Below are positions 48,683 to 61,930 of a stretch of 64,000 nt of DNA, piece after piece. A model generated the notes under the pieces. That model saw only the letters and a program-made list of their open reading frames with translations, did no database searches and had not been told where the DNA came from. A program made the position numbers and the translations under genes. Each line of letters starts with the position of its first letter. Within the stretch, counting starts at the first letter, position 1. Source of the stretch: Vicugna vicugna (lineage: Eukaryota); contig MU058669.1 of assembly GCA_013265495.1 (NCBI GenBank), forward strand, positions 416,056 through 480,055. Direction: 5' to 3'.

Positions 48683-51659
48683 GTCCAATGCCTTCAATTT
48701 ATAGATAAGGAACATGAAGCTCAGAAGGAAATGGATTTGGTCAAGGTTGCACAGTTACCAGTTGGTTAAGCCCAGGTGATGAGTGGGGAGGGCACTGCGC
48801 TCCAAAGTAGGGCTCCTGCTACAAACAGGACTCTGTCCATTCCTCTCTCTAGGATTCAGTTTCCCCACCTGTAAAGTGAGGAGGGCTAGATGATCTCCAG
48901 ATCTCTTCAAATGCTGATGGTGCCCTGATTCTACCTGGCTGGGCATCAGCTCCATATCAGCAGCTGATGTGGGCCTGGCAACTAGCTGCCTCCACTCTGG
49001 GCTGTGTTTTTGGAAGCCTGGAGTCAGCGATGTTGTGGATCATGGCCAGCGTCCTTCTCTGAGTGAGGCTGCCTGATGGACTGGATGTTCCCAAACAAAC
49101 CTTCTTACTGGAGTCAATTTTGTCTACTGAGGTGTGTGAGAGGTTCACCCAGCAGGAAGCTTGCTCTGGCTGGGTTTAATCTATGGTGTGTTTATTAGGA
49201 TTAGGGTTTTAATTAAAATTGACATTTCAAAGACTACCTGTGAGGGAGCTCTTCTTTAATGAAAAGCACATCACAGTGACATAGGTAACTTCCCCCTGGA
49301 CCAGGGAGGTGTCTGGAATAGAGGTAGAAGCAGCCAGCCCTCTCCTCCTCCGGCTAAATTAGCTCAGTTATCTGCTGGTGTTGGGGGACCTGTCCACATC
49401 ACGTCATTAGTAATGGGGGGCAACACAGTGCTGGTCTGGCCCTCTGGTGACCAGGACTCCCCTCTAGCTCTGGATGAATGTGTTAACCCTTTGGGGTTCA
49501 GTTTCTGCATGCATAAAATGGACTGCTTGATTATCCACTATTGCACAGAATGTTTGTTGAGCACGTCTGGGTTAGAACTCCTCATCTTTCTCCTCAAGGG
49601 ATTCACAAGGTGAGGGGAGCAGAGGCAAGAAAACCAATGTGGGATAAGGCTCTTAGCTTGCTGCCTGGCACACAGGAAGCTCTCGGGATAATTCTTGTGT
49701 CCAGGTGCTGTGGGACCCCAGAGGAGGGCTCTTGAAATCACATGGTGGGGAGAAATAGCTGTGATTCCAAGAGGTATGATCATCACTTGATTCTCCACAT
49801 ATTTACTGAGCACGAATTATGTTATCAAACACTATCCTAGGTGATGGGGATAGACTGGTAAACAGGGCAGACAATGACCCTGTTTTGTCTTTCACAGAGC
49901 TATCTTTTCATGGAGATAATAAACAAAAACAACAACAACAATAACAGCAGTGACTTCTATTTAAAGAGCACTCACCATGTGCTCAGTGCTTTATTTACAT
50001 GTCTCGTTTCATTTAAACCTCACTGACAACCTTATTATGTAGGTACTTTTTTTTCCCCCCTTTTACAGGTGAGGGACCCTGAAGCTCATGGAGGGTTGAG
50101 TGTGGTGCCCAAGGCTGTCCAGCTTGCAAATGGCAGGGCTGGGACTCCTACCCTGGGCCAGTCACTTGCAGCCCAAATACTTCCCCACAATATTATTCTG
50201 GTTTAGGGTCCACAGCTAGTGGAGGGGTGAGTGAATGTGTGGAAGAGTGTTTATGACTGTGTGTGTGTCAGAGAGAGAGAGAGAGAGATGGGGGAAGTGC
50301 ACCATGTGGTGGCGGGCCCCTAAGAGGTGACATGTCTTCCTCCATGCAGCCCCAGGGGACGCCCTCTTCTCACAACATGTGCACTGGTTGGTGCTGTGAA
50401 GGGAGGAGTCTCCTGAGATATTTGGAGGGAAAGCACTGCCTTCTCTTATTTGAGGGACCACAAAACTTAATGGTCGCTTTTTAACTCAAAGACAGGGAGT
50501 AAGAGGATTCCCTTCAAAGTTCTTTCTTTCAAAATATTTATCCCTGTGGACCCAGTGGTCTCTGGCATGAACTATGTGTCACTGGGCCAGGGCTACTATC
50601 CCTGCCCATGCTTGATGAGGAAGTTCCAGCATCAGCCTTCAGAGGTTCCCTCCAGAGTGATCCTCCCAGCCTTGGGGAAGGAGCCAGGGTTCTGTGACCA
50701 GAATGGATGGAAAGCCCAGACCCCAGATCCCAAACGCTGCTGCTCAGAGTCAGGAGACTCAGCACAGGTGGGGTCAGCAGCTAGACAGCCAGAGGTGGGA
50801 CTCATCCAAGTGCCAGGAGGTAGCACTCAGTCTTGAGGTGGAGTCTGGTTACTCCACTTTTGGGAACTGATTCTCACAGTAATCCAGGAAGAGGCGCCAT
50901 AATCCACATAGTACCCAGGAGGAAACTGAGGGACAGAGATGTTTAGTTTCTAAATTTATTTCTAAACTTATTGCATGCAGCTAAAGAATTCTGGAACTAG
51001 CATTCAAATCCAGGTAGCTATTATGTCCAGATAAATGCATGGAGGTCAGAGAGTCAACCTGTCCCGGTTACAAAGCTTGTGAGAGGTGGCACAGATCCAG
51101 AGAGCATGTTCTCTATGATGTGAGACCGAGGGTAAGTTCTGGAGGTTCTGCTGAGCTGCTGATTGGGAAGAAAGGGAAAGGGCATGGAGTTCATCACGAA
51201 GCAAACAACCTGGTGTCCTTCCTCAGCCCTCAGTGACCTTGCCTGCGACGAGGCAGAGCTGACCTGGGATGTGACCTGGAGGAAGCCACAGGGCATAGAC
51301 CAGGACATGGATGTCCCCAGATTCACAGTCCATGAGTGACAGTCAATACTGGAACTAAAGCCCACCTGTTCCCCCAGTCCAGGTTATGGGCTTTTGCCCG
51401 TGGTTCCAGGCTGCCACGACCCCATAGGAGGTGAGCACTTATCAGGAATATTAGAGAGAACCCAGCAAGACACGGGGGCTGGCCCAGAGCAGCACTGAAT
51501 TTTTTCCCCCTAAAATTAGTAATCAGCTCAAGCACTAAACATTTGTTATTTGTCAGACACCCTGCCAAGCATTTTTTTCAGACACTATTCATTCAGTTTA
51601 CAAACATGTGCCAGATGCTGGATATACAACAGAAAACAAGATAGACAAGGCCCTCACTA

Positions 51660-51795
51660 CACAACTATCCCGCAGGTGGTGATGATTCTTCCCACTTTAT
51701 AGATGAGGAAACTGAGGCTCAGAGGGGTTAAGAAACTCACCAGAGTCACAGAACTAGTAAGCGGTAGAGCTGAGATTTTAATCTGAGTCTGTCTT
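51660..51795 (-). mobile_element. MIR SINE
   Basis: CCCACTTTATAGATGAGGAAACTGAGGCTCAGAGGGGTTAAG. Confidence 0.88.
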
Positions 51796-52746
51796 CACCA
51801 CTTCAGTATTTGGCCTTTCCTTGAAGCCCTCTGAATTTATTCAGTAAGTGGTTAGGTTTGGCTCTTTATTCCAAAAGCCAGACTCCCCCTACAGTGTCTG
51901 CTTAGTTCCAGTTACCAGCCGAATGTCACCCCACTGAAGTCTAAAGGCAAACTTTCTGGATTCGCTTCTCCTCCTGCCAGAATATCTCTGCATTTCATTT
52001 AGGGTGCTGTGAAAAAACCATGTCTTTTCAGTATCTCCCTTAGCACCTATTCCTTTTGCCAAAGTCCTACTCCCTTCCCTTTTCCAACCTCAGAGTGTCT
52101 AGTCATCTTTCTAGACCCAGTCAATTGTCCTGTCCTCTGGGAGGGCTCCCCTGATTCTCCGAAGCAGAGACAGTCCTCAGGGCTTCCCAACACTCACCTC
52201 CTTCTGAGTGTTTTTCGTGGGTGTCATGGTGTATTCACGTGCCTGTCTGTCCCACTTGCCAGTGAATTCTTGGGGGTCAGGACTGCCCATGTGGCCCTTA
52301 TTCCTGCTGTACCCACAGTTGCAGGAACACTGTAAGTGCTCAGTAAACGTTTGTGAAATGAATACATGAGGACAGCATGGCCTCTGTCTCCTCTGGTTTA
52401 TATCCAGCTCCAGACCTCCCATCAGTCCAGCTCTGTCCTCACTCTTTATCCCAGCTGCTGACTGTGGGTTTAGGCCTTAGATGCTTCATTAACTAATAAT
52501 AATGAGTCACTGTACTAGCCTCAGGAGCATTGTAAATGATACAGTGTCAGGAGAAGGCAGTGGGATGTGGAATTTCAATGAGGCTGGCATGGTTCTTGAA
52601 ACAGAAAATGACACGTACAATCTTTTTCTCTGTTACAGCTCCCATTCGCCAGGCTTCACCCACTCACTTAGAATAATTCCCTTATTCCATTCCAGCTGTA
52701 ATTCTGGGCTGATTGTAGGGATTGCAGATGACTGTCATGTGACACG

Positions 52747-53237
52747 TGTGGCAGGCTAAAGAGTGGGCTACCCAAAGACATCCTTGTCCTGATCCCCAGA
52801 GCCTATGACTGTCTTACTTTACATGGCAGAAGGAACTTTGCAGAACTGATTAGCTAAGGATCTTGAGAAGAACAGATTATCCTGGATTATCTGAGTAGTG
52901 GGCCTTCAGTATGGACACAAGGGTCCTTCTAAGAGGCAGAGGGAGATGTGACTGCAGAACAGAAGATGATGGATGCTGGAGGCAGAGATTGGCATGATGT
53001 GCTTTGAAGGTGGAGGAAGGAGCCACAAGCCAAGAAACAGAGGTGACCACTAGAATCCGAAAAAGGCAAGGAAAGAGATTCTCTCCTCAGAGCCTCCTGC
53101 CCTGCCAGTTCCTTGACATTAGCCCAGTGAAACTGATTTCAGACTTCTAACCTCCACAACTGTTAAGAGAATAGACTTACGTTGTTTTAAGTCAGACTGC
53201 AGGTCAGTCGTTACAGCAACAATAGGAAACTAGTATA
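52747..53237 (+). mobile_element. MaLR solo LTR (MLT1D-like)
   Basis: TGTGGCAGGC...CCCAAAGACATCC...GAACTTTGCAGA...GATTATCCTGGATTATCT...GTTACAGCAACAATAGGAAACTA. Confidence 0.88.
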
Positions 53238-54844
53238 TGAGGCTACTCCCTTTTCTGGAGGTGCTGATAGAAGTTGTCCCCTTCTGCTGGATAGAACCTC
53301 ACAATCATTCTTAACACAATACATCTGGCAGTCAGTAATCACTGATCAGAGTTGGAAAGGGAAGCTGGAACCCTTTGTCATCTGTTATTTTGCACCTGAA
53401 GTGGGCCAAATGCCTCCTTCAACAGTTCGGGAAACAGAAGCCCAGAGATTTGAAATTTTCTCTCCCATTAGTGGCAGGACTGTCTTTGCCTGCCATGATT
53501 CTTTCTCCTGTCAGCCCCTTAAAAGCCCAGCTTGGTAGCAGAAGTGTCAATGGTGATGCAACATTCTAGCTTAGATTGAGCTCTCCTGCAGGAACCATGA
53601 TTTTTTCCTACAGTTAGGGCTGGGTAAAGAAATGGTCCTGCTGGGACCTTTCTCTGGCTCTACCTGCTGCCCCTCCTGGAAGCCTGGGATCCAAAGCACA
53701 AACTGGGTGAGATCCCTAGAGCCTCATGGCAAGTTTTGACAAGGACTGGCCTCTCAGGGCAGATTTGTGCATCAGAGCTCTCAGTGGAGATTCCGGCCAC
53801 TACACTAATGACTTACCTGGGGAATCATTCTGCTTTGCTCAAATCTCTCCCTCAGGAAACTGAGCTTGTGAAATGAGAATCATTAGTGGAGGTGGTTGTT
53901 ACCTGAGAGGCAGAGATATCAGGACATTAGCCTCCCAGCAGGTGGGTAATGTTACAACCTCATGTGAAATGATGGCTTCTCTACCCAGATTTATTAGTCA
54001 AGGGTTCCCTAGAGGGTAAGCTGTGGCCAACAGGTCATCTCCTGTGCAAAGAGCCTCAGAGGGCACCCCCCTCCAACTTTCCCAACAAAGTTTTGCTTAC
54101 CTGGACGCTCCCAGCCCTCCTTGATTGGACTGCATCCTTTCTTTCTAGCTGTATTTTCCACTATTCTTCCTCTAATGCTACAAATTCACCATTCTCTAAG
54201 AACAGTGGGAAAATGGCTTGTCCATTGTGGCAGGGCTGAGGTCAGAGCAAGAATGCCTAAATTCCACCCATGTTTTTTATCCTGTGTCCCAACATGCCAC
54301 AGAGCAGGAGACAGAATGTTAATGACACACAAAATGCCAGAATCAAAGTGTAGTCTTGATTTTTATGATGGTAAAATTCCATCTAAACAAGGCTCATGGC
54401 TGGGCTTTGTATGTGCTGTAAGCTAAATGCAGAGAAAAGATTTTGCATGTTGAGATGGGAAACCTCAGTTTTCTTCCTATCCCTGCCCTAGACAGACTGC
54501 ATGACCTTGGGCAACCCCCTCTGCCACCCACTCCAGTCAACTTCTGTTATGGACAGTCAAAGGGCTGGACTATATGATCTTTAAATCCCTTCCAGGAAGA
54601 CATTTCTGTTTCTTTCCCAAGAGCCTGAAAAAACTCTACAGTAATAAGGAAGAATTTTCCCAGGGTTGGTGGAAGCTGGCCTGGCCTATGAGGGAGGGCC
54701 AAATCCAGGAGTTTGGCTCATCAGGAGGAAGGGATTACTGGCAGGGTTGCAGACTAGACTGCAGAGAAAAAAGCAGAACTGTGAGTCCTGGCAGAGTGTG
54801 AAGTCAGCTAACAGAGCACACAGAGTGTGACAGTCAGTGAATAG

Positions 54845-55170
54845 TCAGTTCATTCACTCACAAAGTGTCAGTGAGCCCTACTCTGTGCCAGGCACCACTC
54901 GAGGTGTGGAGAATACAGCAGCAGGTCAGATGGAAGAGGTCCTTGGTCTCAAATAGGAACTCAGAGTCAGTAAGGGCGAGGAGGGGGAGGCAGGCAGTTA
55001 AATAGCCAGTAACAATACAGAATGAAGAGGCAGGGGATGTATAGACCCACAGAACAGAAGAAGAGCCCCTGTCATGGTACAGGAGGGGTCAGAGAAGGGC
55101 ACCTGGAGAATGCTACCTGAGGCATCTCAGTGAAGAAGACAGAAAGAGTGTTCCAGGCAAAGGTTCAGTC
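54845..55170 (-). mobile_element. L2 fragment
   Basis: GTTCATTCACTCA...GAGCCCTACTCTGTGCCAGGCAC...GTGTTCCAGGCA. Confidence 0.7.
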
Positions 55171-55509
55171 TAGGCAGAAAATGCCCAAATGTTGGAGGTC
55201 AGTGAATAGCTAGAGTGGTGGACAGAGGAGAAGAGTGCAAATGAGTGCAGGAACACAGGCAGCTGCTTTGTAGCCAGCAGGAAAGATGGAGCAGGGGAAA
55301 TGGGCATCTATGTCTGGATGTAAGTTTAGTCTACACCCTGCAGCCTGATCAGAGGGTCCAAGGCCAGGACCCTCAAGGGACAAGACTGAGTGAGGCTGCA
55401 GTTGCTGAAGAGCTGAGAGTTGAGTGAAGGAACAAAGCCAATATAAGGAAAGAGAGAAACGACAGTGCATTGGAGAAGTGAAGGGAATAAACGCTCATTG
55501 AAAATTTGT

Positions 55510-55940
55510 GATGAAGCTGGGGCTTAGCATCAGTTTTTCATCTGAAAAAAGTGGGGTTCCTCCAGGACTACAGTGAAGATTAAATGAGACAAAATTAAAT
55601 GCTTAGCGTCCAGCCTAAAATGCCATGAGTGGTTAATAAATCATAGCTACCTTTGTTATTGTTACATGTTCACTTATTCTGTGACTATTTATTGAGTGCC
55701 TGCTGTGTGCCAGGCACTGTTCTAAGTGCTGAGATACAGCCATGAACAAAGACAAAAATCACTCTTCTTGCAGGGTTACATTTTATTACTCACTCCTTTC
55801 ATATTCACAACCCTGTGAGGAGGGTCTTATTACCCCTATTTTATAGATAAGGACTGGACACTGAGAGGCTAAGCAACTTGTCCAAGGTCAGGAAGCTAGC
55901 CAGTGGCAGAGGCAGGATTTGAACCCAAGTCTGCATGATG
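55510..55940. mobile_element. MIR(+) / L2(-) / MIR(-) cluster
   Basis: GTGAAGATTAAATGAGA; TTTATTGAGTGCCTGCTGTGTGCCAGGCACTGTTCTAAGTGCT; CCCTATTTTATAGATAAGGA...CTTGTCCAAGGTCA...GGATTTGAACCCA. Confidence 0.8.
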
Positions 55941-56453
55941 ACATAAGCAAGGCTCCCTCCACTATCCTACCCTACTTCGATATAAAAGGCAACACAGAAT
56001 TAACTATGGCTTGTATAGAATCAATTATATTTTCAACGTGGATTTTCTGTGATGGTCTGGCTTTTCAACCCTCTGTCTCATCATTCCTGTAAATCATGCA
56101 CAGCCACCAGACCATGTCGGGTGTGGGGTCTGGAGGATGCTTTACTCATTGAACCTACAAGAACTTGGGGGAAAGAGACCCTTGTAGCTAGAGGAGTGGG
56201 AAAGTTTTCCTGGAGAGGGTGGACCTGCAGCCACAGGCAGGAAAAGGACAGGTGAGCGAGTATAAATGGTTTAAACAAGAATTTGAAGGGAGGGAATGCA
56301 TGATGTGTGTTTGTGTGTGCAAGAATGATACACGTGTGTGCACATGTCGATTGCCTTAACACACATTTATTGAGCACGTAACATGTCAGGTACTGCACAA
56401 GGCACAGGGAATCACAGCAAAGATGGTGAGCTAGGTCCCTGCCATCATGGAGC

Positions 56454-56456
<3 letters not shown>

Positions 56457-56484
<28 letters not shown>
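56457..56484. repeat. (GT)14 microsatellite
   Basis: Perfect run. Confidence 0.95.
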
Positions 56485-56485
<1 letters not shown>

Positions 56486-59400
56486 GAGGGTAAGGTGAAG
56501 GACGGGGATGGGAGATGTGCAGACAAGAGCATTCATCCCAACAGACACTCCTTTCCCTGAATTTTTGCTCCCCAAGCTGTGCTTCTTGATTTGTTCCCAC
56601 CTCCCCACCCATACTTTTGCCAACTAGAGGAAAGGCACGGTCTCCTGGAAGCTGCCCAAGGGCACAGGAAACCCCAGATGCCGGAGTGGGGCTGCAGTGA
56701 GTGTGAGGTGCCTTGGCTCATCCTTGCAGAGTGATGTCCCCTCTTGGTGTGGGCTTTTAGCTACTAGCTCAGTGCAGACAATCAATGCTAATCCAGTCTT
56801 CCGGGACCAAATGAAACAGACAGCATTTTAAGGGCTCGAGCTCTTTTCTGATTACCAAGCGACCTACATAATCACTCTCACCCCAGCCTGCCTGGGAGGG
56901 CATTGCATTGACAAAGCCCAAGCAGGCACTCTCTCTGCCGGGAACTGGCTATGATTTCTTCTGAACTTGCCAAGCAGAGAGGAGACTGGGGTAGCAGAAG
57001 CCTGGCCAAGGATTCCAGAGGACTGGTTCTTGCCCCAGATCTGCAATTCACTCCCTGTGTGACGCTGGGAATGTCCGGTCCCATTACCACCATCCCTTGG
57101 GCCTCAGTTTCCCATTTGTAACATGAGGGTCTTAAATCAGACCACCTCAGAGGTCCTTCCCTGCTCCAAAATTCTAGGTTGTTCACGATGCCAGATCAGA
57201 CTTACTCCCCTAGCCTTAAAACATTTCTAGGGATTTCTCTAGAACCCATATGATGGGTATGAAGCTTAGCCTGATAGTTAATAGCATAGGAATTTTTGTA
57301 TTTAGAGATATATACTGATTCGAACATTTCCAAGACATATTAAGTGAAAAAAACTCAACTTGCAGAGTGGTTTCTGTAGTGTGATACCATACACGTGTAT
57401 ATTACACACATACTGGTACATGCAGACACGTGCACAGAACACTCAAATACCTCTGGAAGGATACCCAAGAGGCATGGGAGATTAGGACAGGGGAACACGG
57501 TGTCCCAGAAGAGAGATTTAAATTTCACTTTTTGCATTTCTTGATTTTTTTTTAACCCTGTGCATTGCTGCCTTGAAAATTAATAAACAGTTGTAAAGAC
57601 AGAGCATGGATTTTGCCATCAATTCATTTATTCACTTAAAAAATAGTTACTGAATATCAATTAGGTGGCAGTAACTGATATAGGCAGTGGGGAGTAAGAC
57701 AGTCCCTGCCCCTATGAAGCTCACATTCTAGACTGATAATGGCCAAATCAATAAATGTGTAATATAATTCCAGGTAGGAATAAAGGGTGTGAAATACACA
57801 AGACAGACTTGAATATGAAATTGTCCACCCTGGTGATCCTCCATTTCCTCATCTATCAAATGGTAGCAATAGTAAGACCTGCTCCATGTTTTGTGTGTGT
57901 GAGAGAGAGAATTAAATGAAGTGAATAACAATACCTGGGGCATAATGGGTGCTTGATAAATGCTGGTTGTTGTGGTTAGTATTATTGAGGAAAGGGTTTG
58001 GAAGGGAGTCGGCATAGTCAAGAGCTGTGTAGGGACTAAGGGAGGCGGGGTGGGCAGATACCTGGGAGACAGAGCAGGTGGAGGAGGTAGGAAGAGGTGA
58101 GCAAACTGGACTTGTTGTGGGTGGGCTGATACAGAAGTAGAGGAGAGGTCAGGGACCCAGTCCAGAAGACAGAAGTGGCCTTGGAGCCTTAACTAGCAGG
58201 GAGACCCACGTAGCCCCTCAAGGTGCCTGGACTAGCTGGGAAATGGTGTGCAGTCTGGGGAAGTGGGAAGCCCATCCATCCCATCCTCAGTGCCCACTGA
58301 CAGAGGCATCTGGTGTCTTGGCAGGGCTTGTCTGATTGAGTGGCAGGGATCTCCATGTTAGGCTCATAGGTTACTGGGAGGGTCCATTTAGAGCTTCCAC
58401 CTCATCCCGTGGTGATGCCTATGCCTGACTTCTTAGGATTGGAGTCACTCCCCATACATAAGGTGGGTGACACTGTGTCTGAAGATCTTTGCCAGAAATC
58501 TAGATGCAACCTAGGAACAGAGAGAGAGTTTTCCTCAGGGGTTCCCAAGCTGGCTGGCTTTCAGACTCTCTTGAGGTTCCAGTACAGACTCCTCAACCTC
58601 AGTCTTTGAGGGCTGACTCAGTGACACAGGGCAGGTCTCACTATGTCTCCTTGCAGGCCATGCTGTCACGCGGAAACCAATGACAGGTGCTTCTAAGGCA
58701 AATGGGCTGGGAGCTTCTCCTCTGTACCCCAGCAGGACATTAGGTCAGAGTCAAACTCCAGGCTTGTCAATGACAGTAAAAACACAGTCACTTGTTCAGT
58801 GACTTAAAGCTCGTTGGGTGCATGTGCATTTATGAGTGCGTGTGCATGCATACACATGCGCATCTGTGGCTACGAGTCTGTGGCACGTAGGAAGAAGGGG
58901 ACAGGAAGGGAGTGCAGGTCTAGTGGAAGGAAAAAGCCAGAGAAGTGAAGTGTTTGCTCCTCAAGAGAAAATGAAATTCAAAGAGAAAAATCATCACCTT
59001 GGGGGACTCCGAATCTTACCTGCTTTCAGTCAATCTCAGTGAATCTCATTCAGTAAAGCTTTTTATGCAAATCCACACAAACAAATTCTATGCCCTGCTT
59101 GGAGTTCTGGGAGGGCAGGCTCCATCTCAGGAGCCGTCGGGGGAGGTGAATCTAGCAGGAGGCCCCTCCTGAAAGCTGAAGATAAGAGGCTGGCAATGGC
59201 CCATGGGGCTCATTTGACGGTTGCCGGTGATAGCTTCTCAGACACACACAAAATATCTATCTATGGCTTTTTGACACAAACTCAAAATGTCAAATTTTCT
59301 CAAATTATTTTTGAGCAGCAAAATCCCCTTTTGCCTAAAGGAGGTTTTAAATAGAACTCTGACATAGAAAAGGGAAAAAGGCAAGCTGCTCTGGTTCAAG

Positions 59401-59689
59401 TATGGAAATGGGGATGGGGACATGGCGGTCTCAGCTCAGATTAAAAACCCTCTGGCTCCTTCACTTTCCCCACTTTTACAGGTAGAACTCTTCTGACTCT
59501 CTGACCCCCTGCTGCTGTGCCCAAATTCTTTTGTACTCAAAAGGGGCCTGCTGGCCACCACCTAGGGCTCAGTGTTGTCTGAGGCTGGAGGACTAGTTCT
59601 TTCTGGAAAATGAAACTTAAAGAGACCATGGCCAGCAGCTTGGGCAAAGATTGACTGGTTCCTGGTTCTGTGACTCTGCCCTACTGCCA

Positions 59690-59850
59690 AGGGTATAGGT
59701 TCTGAAGTCAGGCTTAAATTCTGGTGATGCCACTAAAAGCTGTGTGATCTTGGGCAAGTTACTTAACCTCTCTGAGCCTGTTTTCTCTTCCATAAAATAG
59801 ACATAGTTCCTCCATCATAGGTTTGTATAAAGAGTAAAGGAGCTATTAAA
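59690..59850 (+). mobile_element. MIR SINE
   Basis: GCTGTGTGATCTTGGGCAAGTTACTTAACCTCTCTGAGCCTG. Confidence 0.88.
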
Positions 59851-60163
59851 TATCAGAGGTAGGAAAGGCACATGCCTACATGGCCCAGGAAGGTAACTGA
59901 GATATGTGATCACCTTATGGCAACTGCAAGCAGGAGCCCACAGTCCAAAAGGGGAAGCTGCCTCTCAGCTCCACCTGAGTCCTGTTGTAGCAGGATTAAT
60001 CATCCTCTCTCAAAGGAACTCTTCAAGACTCTGGTGATGTCCTTGAAAGATGCACATCTTGCACATCTGGAGTTGGTATAGCTGCCTTTCACATCCCTGT
60101 GGGGTGTGAGTGTATGTGTGTGTGTGTGTGTCAGGGTTAGGGCTCCACAGGGGTTGGTCTTTC

Positions 60164-60274
60164 TTCCTTTTGGGGGAGGGGGATTAAGTTTGTTTGTTTA
60201 TTGGTACTGGGAATTGAACCCAGGATCTCATGCATGCTAAGCACACACTCTACCACTAAGCTATACCCTGCCTC
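60164..60274 (-). mobile_element. Young tRNA-derived SINE, Vic-1-like (camelid), with 10-bp TSD
   Basis: Minus strand GGCAGGGTATAGCTTAGTGGTAGAGTGTGTGCTTAGCATGCATGAGATCCTGGGTTCAATTCCCAGTACCAATAAACAAACAAACTTAATCCCCTCCCCC. Pol III box A TAGCTTAGTGG and box B GGTTCAATTCC; TSD TTGGTCTTTC at 60154-60163 and 60275-60284. Confidence 0.85.
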
Positions 60275-60284
60275 TTGGTCTTTC

Positions 60285-60376
60285 ATTTTCTTTATTTCTT
60301 TCCTTCTATCCTTTCTTCTTCCCTTCCTCCCTCCTTCCTCCCCTTCCTCTTCCTTCCTTCCCCTCCTTTTTTTTTT
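60285..60376. repeat. CT-rich simple repeat
   Basis: TTCC/CTT low-complexity tract beside the SINE. Confidence 0.85.
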
Positions 60377-61759
60377 AAACAAAACTTACTAGGCTTTTGC
60401 ATAAATGATACATACTCACTAAAAAATAAATTTAACTCAGAAAAGTTCAAAGAATAAAATAAAAAAGCAAAAGTAAACAAAAAACTTTGCTTCTCAGAAA
60501 AATTACTGGTGGTAATTTGGTTAAGTATCTTTCCATATATCTCTTTATACGTGGTAGACTGATAAAGAAATTAGTGTTTAATTTTATATAGTTGGGCTCA
60601 TAGAACACCTGCACAGTTGTGCAATATGCCTTTTTCTCTCAAACATGTCCAGGTGTGTCTTTCCCTGACCATGCATTCAGATCCACACTGTGCCTGGGGC
60701 TGCAGAAGACATCAGTATCAGGGATGAACCAGAAATCATCTAGCAGGTCCTCTGTTGGGAAGATGCACAAACTCCTCCTGTCAAGGTCCCCAGAGCTTCT
60801 CTGGACCCAGAACACACTCGCCCATGCCTGGACACTGGGGCGGTCTCCTCATTAGTATTTCTGCTTCCAGAAATGCAATGCATCCCCCTACAACAGCCGG
60901 AGCTGCCTTGTAACCATGCCCAACAGATCATGTCACTCTTCTGCTTCGAACCCTTGAATCTCTTCCCTTTGCTCTTGGAATAAATCCCAACCCCTTTGCC
61001 ATAGCCTAAGAAGACTGGGATTTTCATGTTGGGGCCACTGGCTTCTTCTGGTTTCCTCTGCTGCCAGGACCAGACTGTTCACTCCCACCCCAGAACCTCT
61101 GCACTCACAGTTTCCCTAGATCTTCGATAACTAGCTTTTCCACCACTCAGGTCTCAGCTCAGAGCTCCTTCCTAATCCCCCTACCATCCCCTCAACCAGT
61201 GCTGATCCCCTTGTGGTGCCAGTCATTGTCCCAATACTCTGCCTTTCATTTTCTTTACAACATTATCACTACGTGAAATTATCTCATTGATTTGTCTTCG
61301 TGGTTATTCTCTGCTCCTTGCCCCTCAAAGAGCCCAGTCCAGAAGGCAGCTCCAGAGCCTTCTCATCTTTATCTCCCCGATGTCTCATCACAGACCCTAC
61401 TCTTCAGCCAAATGGAGTTCTTGGCCTCTTCACACACACCTCCCTCTGCCAGGAAGCCTCCCCACACTCCTGGTCTCTCTCTCTTGCTTTTGCCATCTGG
61501 CCTCTGATGCCCAAATTTTATCCATCCTCAGTCCAGCTGAAACGTCATCAGCCCCAGGAGGGTGTCCTATCTTTGGCCACAAGAATCTTTTCTCTCCTGT
61601 ACTCACGTGGCACTTTATCTTTTCCACCCTCGAGACATTAACACTTCATGCCTCCAATATTGCCATTTCTCTCCCCAGCTTGACCATTCTCACTAGATAG
61701 TGAGTTCCTTGTCAGTACAGCCCATGGCTTGTTTACCTCTTTATGATAGTTAACATCGA

Positions 61760-61930
61760 GAAAGTGCCTTACATGGGTTAGCTCTTTTAAGCCTCATTCC
61801 GAGTTGGGAGTTACTGTAAGCAACCTCATTTTCCAGATGAGGAGGCGCTGAGAGCTTAAGAAACTTGCTGAAGGTTATACAGCAAGGAAGTGGAGAAGCT
61901 AGGATTTGAATCCACAGCCTGAAACCTTGA
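61760..61930 (-). mobile_element. MIR SINE
   Basis: CTCATTTTCCAGATGAGG...CTTGCTGAAGGTTATACAGCAAGGAAGTGGAGAAGCTAGGATTTGAATCC. Confidence 0.82.

Noticed and set aside
56081..56623. 180-aa minus-strand ORF with an HT repeat
   Set aside because: Runs through the (GT)14 microsatellite and an L2 fragment; non-ATG start.
60200..60272. Possible tRNA gene (boxes A and B, tRNA-Ala-like)
   Set aside because: The acceptor stem is imperfect, and the A-rich tail and TSD identify it as a SINE retrocopy.
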